DNA of 59,140 nucleotides, filler included. It is 9 parts of 9 records of this genome, joined end to end, with 100 filler letters (N's around TTAATTAATTAA, not from the genome) between each part and the next. Parts side by side here need not be neighbours in the genome. Positions count along the whole stretch, not along the records: positions 50,685 to 59,140 come from SRR31147125_13339; 8 more parts are not named here. One strand, 5' to 3'. Positions 55,072 through 59,140 of this stretch are shown in pieces. The translations under genes and the position numbers were made by a program. Each line of letters opens with the position of its first letter. Position 1 is the first letter of the stretch. The notes below the pieces were generated by a model, which was not told the origin of the DNA, made no database searches, and was given only the letters and a program-made list of their open reading frames with translations.

Positions 55072-55931
55072 ATGTGTAGAAAAAGTTTTCGCTTTAGAGT
55101 AGTAAAATATTTATTTATCTTGCCGGGGTTAGTGTTTTTCTCATTTGCTATTTTGATACCATTTCTTTCTGGGGTAAATATTTCCTTCACAAATTGGAAT
55201 GGCATCACAAAAACTTATGACTATGTAGGTTTAAAGAATTTTATAGGAATATTCAAAGATATGAGAATTATAAAGCCTATAAAAAATACTCTATATATAG
55301 CTTTAATCGGCACTGTTTTTAATAATATTTTGACGCTGGCGTTAGCGCAGTTGGTTAATATGGGCTATAAACGTATAAGCTCTACCGCTAAACTCGCTTT
55401 CTTTATTCCCGTTTGCATAAGCGCGGTGCTTACAGCATTTATTTGGGGGTTTATTTATAGAGAGGCAGCAGTTACGATTTTTAATATAAAAAACCCGTTA
55501 GGAACGAGAAACTGGGTAATTCCATCCATAGTGCTTATGACTCTTTGGCAGGGAGGGGGAATTAATATGCTAATCTATTTAGCTGGTATGAAAAATATAC
55601 CCCCCGCACTTTATGAAGCTGCGACAGTGGATGGAGCAGGCGGATTTAAAAAGTTTTTTCGCATAACACTTCCTTTAATGATTCCAGCATTTACTGTGTG
55701 CGTAACTCTTACTCTTACGTCATATTTAAGAGAGTTTGCAACTGTATTGTCAGCTACAGGGGAGGTGCGGCCGATGCATCCACCACTATATCGATTTACA
55801 TTTTTAATAACCTGTATAAATACAACAAAGCAGGTTATGGTCAGGCCGTATCGTTATTATTTATGATTATATTGATAGTAATTGGGTTGAGCGTATCATC
55901 GTTTTTCCGTAAAAGAGAGGTGGAATTATGA
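55072..55931 (+). CDS. Carbohydrate ABC transporter permease 1; frameshift in the G run near 55760
   Basis: SFTNWNG, YEAATVDGA..F.ITLP EAA loop; continues GGAADASTT...GYGQA. Confidence 0.9.
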
Positions 55932-56779
55932 CTGCCGTTGAAAGGGCTAGATTTAATAAGAATCTAAGAAAAATTTTAGGAATAACAGTTACGATACTAC
56001 TTGCATTACTGTACTTATTTCCATTCTATTTGGCCATTACTACATCGTTTAAAACGGCTGAAGAACTTTCGCAATCAGTTTTTAGTTTGCCAAAAACGTT
56101 TGGATTTGAAAATTACATAATAGCAATGGAAAAAAGTAATTTTACAATTGCTATGAAAAACAGCGTTATTACGACTTGTACTACAGTAATTTTAATTGTG
56201 ATATGCACCTCAATGGGCGGCTACGCAATAGCCAGAAACTCAAAACGTATATCCTTTAGAATACTTGAAAAAATGTATCTTGCTGCGCTTATGATACCTT
56301 TTCAAATCTTGATGATTCCCTTATATAAAATGTATAAAACATTGGGGATGCAAAATTCTTTGCCGGGAGTTATCATAGTGCTTGTTGGAACAAGTATTGC
56401 TTATGCTTCATTTCTTTATGTGGGTTTTGTCAAATCAATACCCATTGAACTTGAAGAAGCTGCAGCACTGGATGGATGCGATCCGTTCCGCACATTTTGG
56501 GCGATTGTGTTTCCGTTGCTTAAACCAATAACTTCTACAGTTGCAGCTTTACATGTGATGTGGATATGGAATGAATTTAACGTTTCTCTTATACTGCTTC
56601 AGAAGGAAGAAGTGAGAACGCTGCCTATTAAGCAATTTTATTTCTTTGGGGAATACTCTGTAGACTATAATTATGCATTTGCCGCAGCAATTATTTCAAT
56701 GGTTCCGATAGTAATATTTTTCCTATTCGCACAGCGATATTTGGTGGCGGGAATAACAGTCGGGGCAGTTAAAACTTAA
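55928..56779 (+). CDS. Carbohydrate ABC transporter permease 2
   Basis: TSFKT, ELEEAAALDG, WNEF, QRYLVAGITVGAVK. Confidence 0.93.
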   Translation: MTAVERARFNKNLRKILGITVTILLALLYLFPFYLAITTSFKTAEELSQSVFSLPKTFGFENYIIAMEKSNFTIAMKNSVITTCTTVILIVICTSMGGYAIARNSKRISFRILEKMYLAALMIPFQILMIPLYKMYKTLGMQNSLPGVIIVLVGTSIAYASFLYVGFVKSIPIELEEAAALDGCDPFRTFWAIVFPLLKPITSTVAALHVMWIWNEFNVSLILLQKEEVRTLPIKQFYFFGEYSVDYNYAFAAAIISMVPIVIFFLFAQRYLVAGITVGAVKT

Positions 56780-56829
56780 TAGTTTTTAGTTGGACGCAAC
56801 TAAATGTATAAATAATAAGGAGGATTAGT

Positions 56830-58152
56830 ATGAAAAGAAAAACAATAATTTTACTGATTGTGGTTTGCATGCTGCTTGCTGCGTTATTTTCAGGATGCAA
56901 AACAGAAACCAGTGAAAATGCAACACAAGGGACTAAGACAGGAGAAGCTTCTGGTGACGGAACAGTTGAAGCTGATTCAGTTCAAATTACTTGGATGCAC
57001 CATTTTGCAGAGCCGGGCATTCAGGCATGGATTGATTGGGTGATTAATAAGTTTGAAGAAGAAAATCCGGGCATGACTGTTGTAACTGAATTTGTTTCAG
57101 GAGACACTTATACACAAATGCTTAAAACTAAAATTGCCAGTGATGATGCTCCGAATATTTTTGACTTATTCAATCTTACTGGCTACACAGAGTTCAGCGA
57201 AGCAGGGCATCTATATGATCTTAGCGACCTTGAATGTATAGCAAACATACAACCAAAGCTTTTGCTTGCAGCGCAGGTTAACGGAACTCAGGTAGGTATT
57301 CCATTGGATATGAACGCTTACTGCGTATTTTACAACAAGGACATATTTGAAGAACTCGGATTGTCTGTTCCTACAACTACAACGGAGTTAAACGATGTTT
57401 GTGATACTTTGCTTGAATCGGGCATTGTTCCTTTCGCAGCAGGTTTCCAGGATCAATGGTGTAACTCATTGTTTTTCAACGATTTCTTTGAAGGCTATTG
57501 CATAAAAGATAATTTCAACTATTACACTGAAAAAATGAGCCTTGAATCGAATTTTGCTGATGATGAAAATTTCAAAAAAGCATTTGAAGCTTTTTACAAC
57601 ACTAAAAATTATTGGGGAGACGACCCATTCGGTACAAACTGGGATGCAGCGTTATCTATGGTTGCAAACGGTGAAGCAGCAATGATAGTCAATGGAACAT
57701 GGGCAATAGATGGTATTTCAGCAAAGAATCCGGATGTTAATGTAGGATGTTTTGGAATGCCTATTTCTGAAAACCCTGATGATGTATATATCACTTTAAT
57801 TCCGGGCTCAGGTTTTTGCATTCATAATACTGATGATGAAGCAAAATTAGATGCTAGTATTAAACTGTATAACATTATGTATTCGGAAGAGGCGGGTGAT
57901 TATTATCAGACCAGCGCAATAAAAATGTCCAGCATAGCGGGTCTTTCATATGACTTTTCTCCTGCACTTGGCGATGTTAACGAATATATTTTAGCCGAAC
58001 AAACAATTAATATGTCAGGTATTATTAACCTTTCTTCTGAATATGAAGACTTGCTGTACAAAGCTGTTCTTGACTATTCTCTAAGAGAAGAATTAGACAC
58101 AGACAGCTTGGTTGATGAGCTTGACAAAGGCTTCTCGGCAGTAAGTGACTAA
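56830..58152 (+). CDS. Carbohydrate ABC transporter substrate-binding lipoprotein (CUT1/MalE-like)
   Basis: Lipobox FSGC; FYNKDIFEELG, GEAAMIVNGTW. Confidence 0.9.
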   Translation: MKRKTIILLIVVCMLLAALFSGCKTETSENATQGTKTGEASGDGTVEADSVQITWMHHFAEPGIQAWIDWVINKFEEENPGMTVVTEFVSGDTYTQMLKTKIASDDAPNIFDLFNLTGYTEFSEAGHLYDLSDLECIANIQPKLLLAAQVNGTQVGIPLDMNAYCVFYNKDIFEELGLSVPTTTTELNDVCDTLLESGIVPFAAGFQDQWCNSLFFNDFFEGYCIKDNFNYYTEKMSLESNFADDENFKKAFEAFYNTKNYWGDDPFGTNWDAALSMVANGEAAMIVNGTWAIDGISAKNPDVNVGCFGMPISENPDDVYITLIPGSGFCIHNTDDEAKLDASIKLYNIMYSEEAGDYYQTSAIKMSSIAGLSYDFSPALGDVNEYILAEQTINMSGIINLSSEYEDLLYKAVLDYSLREELDTDSLVDELDKGFSAVSD

Positions 58153-58181
58153 TAGGGATTATTAAAACTTGTTTTGAAGAC

Positions 58182-58219
58182 ATGCGATGGTTTTTCTTTT
58201 ACTGTAAAAACCATCGCAT
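58182..58219. terminator. Strong stem-loop after the binding-protein gene
   Basis: ATGCGATGGTTTTT / AAAAACCATCGCAT 14-bp stem. It is followed by an A run, so it is more likely a stabiliser on the + strand. Confidence 0.6.
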
Positions 58220-58303
58220 AAAAAAGCAAAATACATTGAATTTTAGGTTAATATTCAATATTAAAATGCAATAGTAATAAGAATAATATTTGAGAGAATT
58301 AAA

Positions 58304-58803
58304 ATGGAAAAAGTATTTATAAATGAATTATCCTTTGAAAAATTTAAACAATATGGCTCGTATTCTAATATGATTAACCCAGAGGTGCCAAAATTAGGCG
58401 GCGGAGAAGTTTCGTTTTACAGAGATATTGAAGTTTTGTATATGGGACAATGTACACAACCGTCTTTTTCAGTAACTAAGATAAAAAAAGGAAACTAATT
58501 GTGGATGCGATGGAATGTCACTCCTATACCGGCGAAGCTATTATGCCTATTGACGGTGACATATTAATCCATGTCGCTCCTGCCACTCCAAAAGACGTCA
58601 TACCTATGAGTCAAGTAGAAGTGTTTATGATACCACAAGGAACAATGGTTACATTGAATCCTGGAGTGTGGCACTGCGCTCCATTCAGTGTTGAAAAAGA
58701 TAGTGTAAGTGTTTTGGTAGTGTTGCCAGAGCGCACTTATGCTAATGATTGCTATTTTCATGAAGTGCCTCAAGAAAACAGACTTGAGATAAAACAAAAA
58801 TAA
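58304..58803 (+). CDS. Ureidoglycolate lyase-like cupin; frameshift in the A run near 58488
   Basis: F..YG, MECHSYTGEAIMP, LNPGVWHCAP; one extra A joins ORFs 58304-58498 and 58501-58803. Confidence 0.75.
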
Positions 58804-58817
58804 ACGGAGGGATTACT

Positions 58818-59140
58818 TTGTTCAGAGATTATAAAATTACCATTGGTTTGGTTCCAATAAGAAGAGATATGTTCCCCGACCCAAAAGATGCGCTTGCCAA
58901 TAAAAACAAAATATTGCCAAAAGTAATAGAGCTATTACAATCTATTCATGACGTCGAAATCGTTGACATTGAATGGCTTAATGAAGAAGGCATGTTGGTT
59001 GAGAATGACGATGTTGCAAAGGTGGAAGCTCATTTTAGAAATGCTGGAGTGGATGCGATTTTTGCGCCTCATTTTAACTTTGGGCAAGAGGAAGTGGTCG
59101 CAAAGCTGGGCAAAGCGATGGGCAAACCGTTTTTGCTTTG
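58818..59140 (+). CDS. L-fucose/L-arabinose isomerase family protein, N-terminus; runs off the window
   Basis: GGAGG RBS + TTG; manual translation MFRDYKITIGLVPIRRDMF...LNEEGML...VDAIFAPHFNFGQEEVVAKLGKAMGKPFLL. Confidence 0.75.
   Translation, partial: MFRDYKITIGLVPIRRDMFPDPKDALANKNKILPKVIELLQSIHDVEIVDIEWLNEEGMLVENDDVAKVEAHFRNAGVDAIFAPHFNFGQEEVVAKLGKAMGKPFLL

Overview
This window is not one chromosome. It is nine unrelated contig fragments joined by eight artificial 100-bp spacers (44 N + TTAATTAATTAA + 44 N), and looks like an anaerobic metagenome. The lineage labels are inferred from base composition and protein style only. (1) 1-7092, low-GC Clostridia-like: [2Fe-2S] ferredoxin, YesN/YesM-type two-component system, a degenerate ABC ATPase and a monosaccharide ABC transporter. 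(2) 7193-13302: housekeeping run purM-gpsA-USP-asnS-acyP-apt-buk. (3) 13403-20452, Desulfobacterales-like: radical SAM, HtrA, asnS, a candidate sRNA, gyrB, dnaN. (4) 20553-26450: pseudaminic acid cluster pseB-pseC-pseF plus a TIM-barrel enzyme and an ATP-grasp/KamA-type radical SAM fusion. (5) 26551-31569, Clostridia-like: iscR-iscS, GNAT, SatD-DUF3307 pair, leader-peptide attenuator plus rsgA. (6) 31670-39565, Clostridia-like: D-lactate dehydrogenase, GH16-GT2-deacetylase operon, GyrI-like, PadR-DUF2812, ECF sigma operon. (7) 39666-45019, Bacteroidota-like: GH2 C-terminus, kbl, Fe-S membrane protein, Tat FAD oxidoreductase, REP-like palindromes. (8) 45120-50584, Desulfobacterales-like signalling genes: histidine kinase, NtrC-type regulator, receiver, PilZ. 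(9) 50685-59140, Clostridia-like: LytS/LytTR-controlled glycosidase and sugar ABC locus ending in a fucose-isomerase-family gene. Many genes, including essential ones, are split by single-base indels in homopolymers, which I read as sequencing errors. No rRNA, tRNA, CRISPR array or transposase was recognised. The best leads are the ATP-grasp/aminomutase fusion in the Pse cluster, the leader-peptide attenuator on an rsgA-family gene, the SatD-DUF3307 module, the CUGA-repeat sRNA candidate, and the pseudo-ATPase coupled to a sensor-less kinase. All family calls come from motif recognition by eye; no database search was run.
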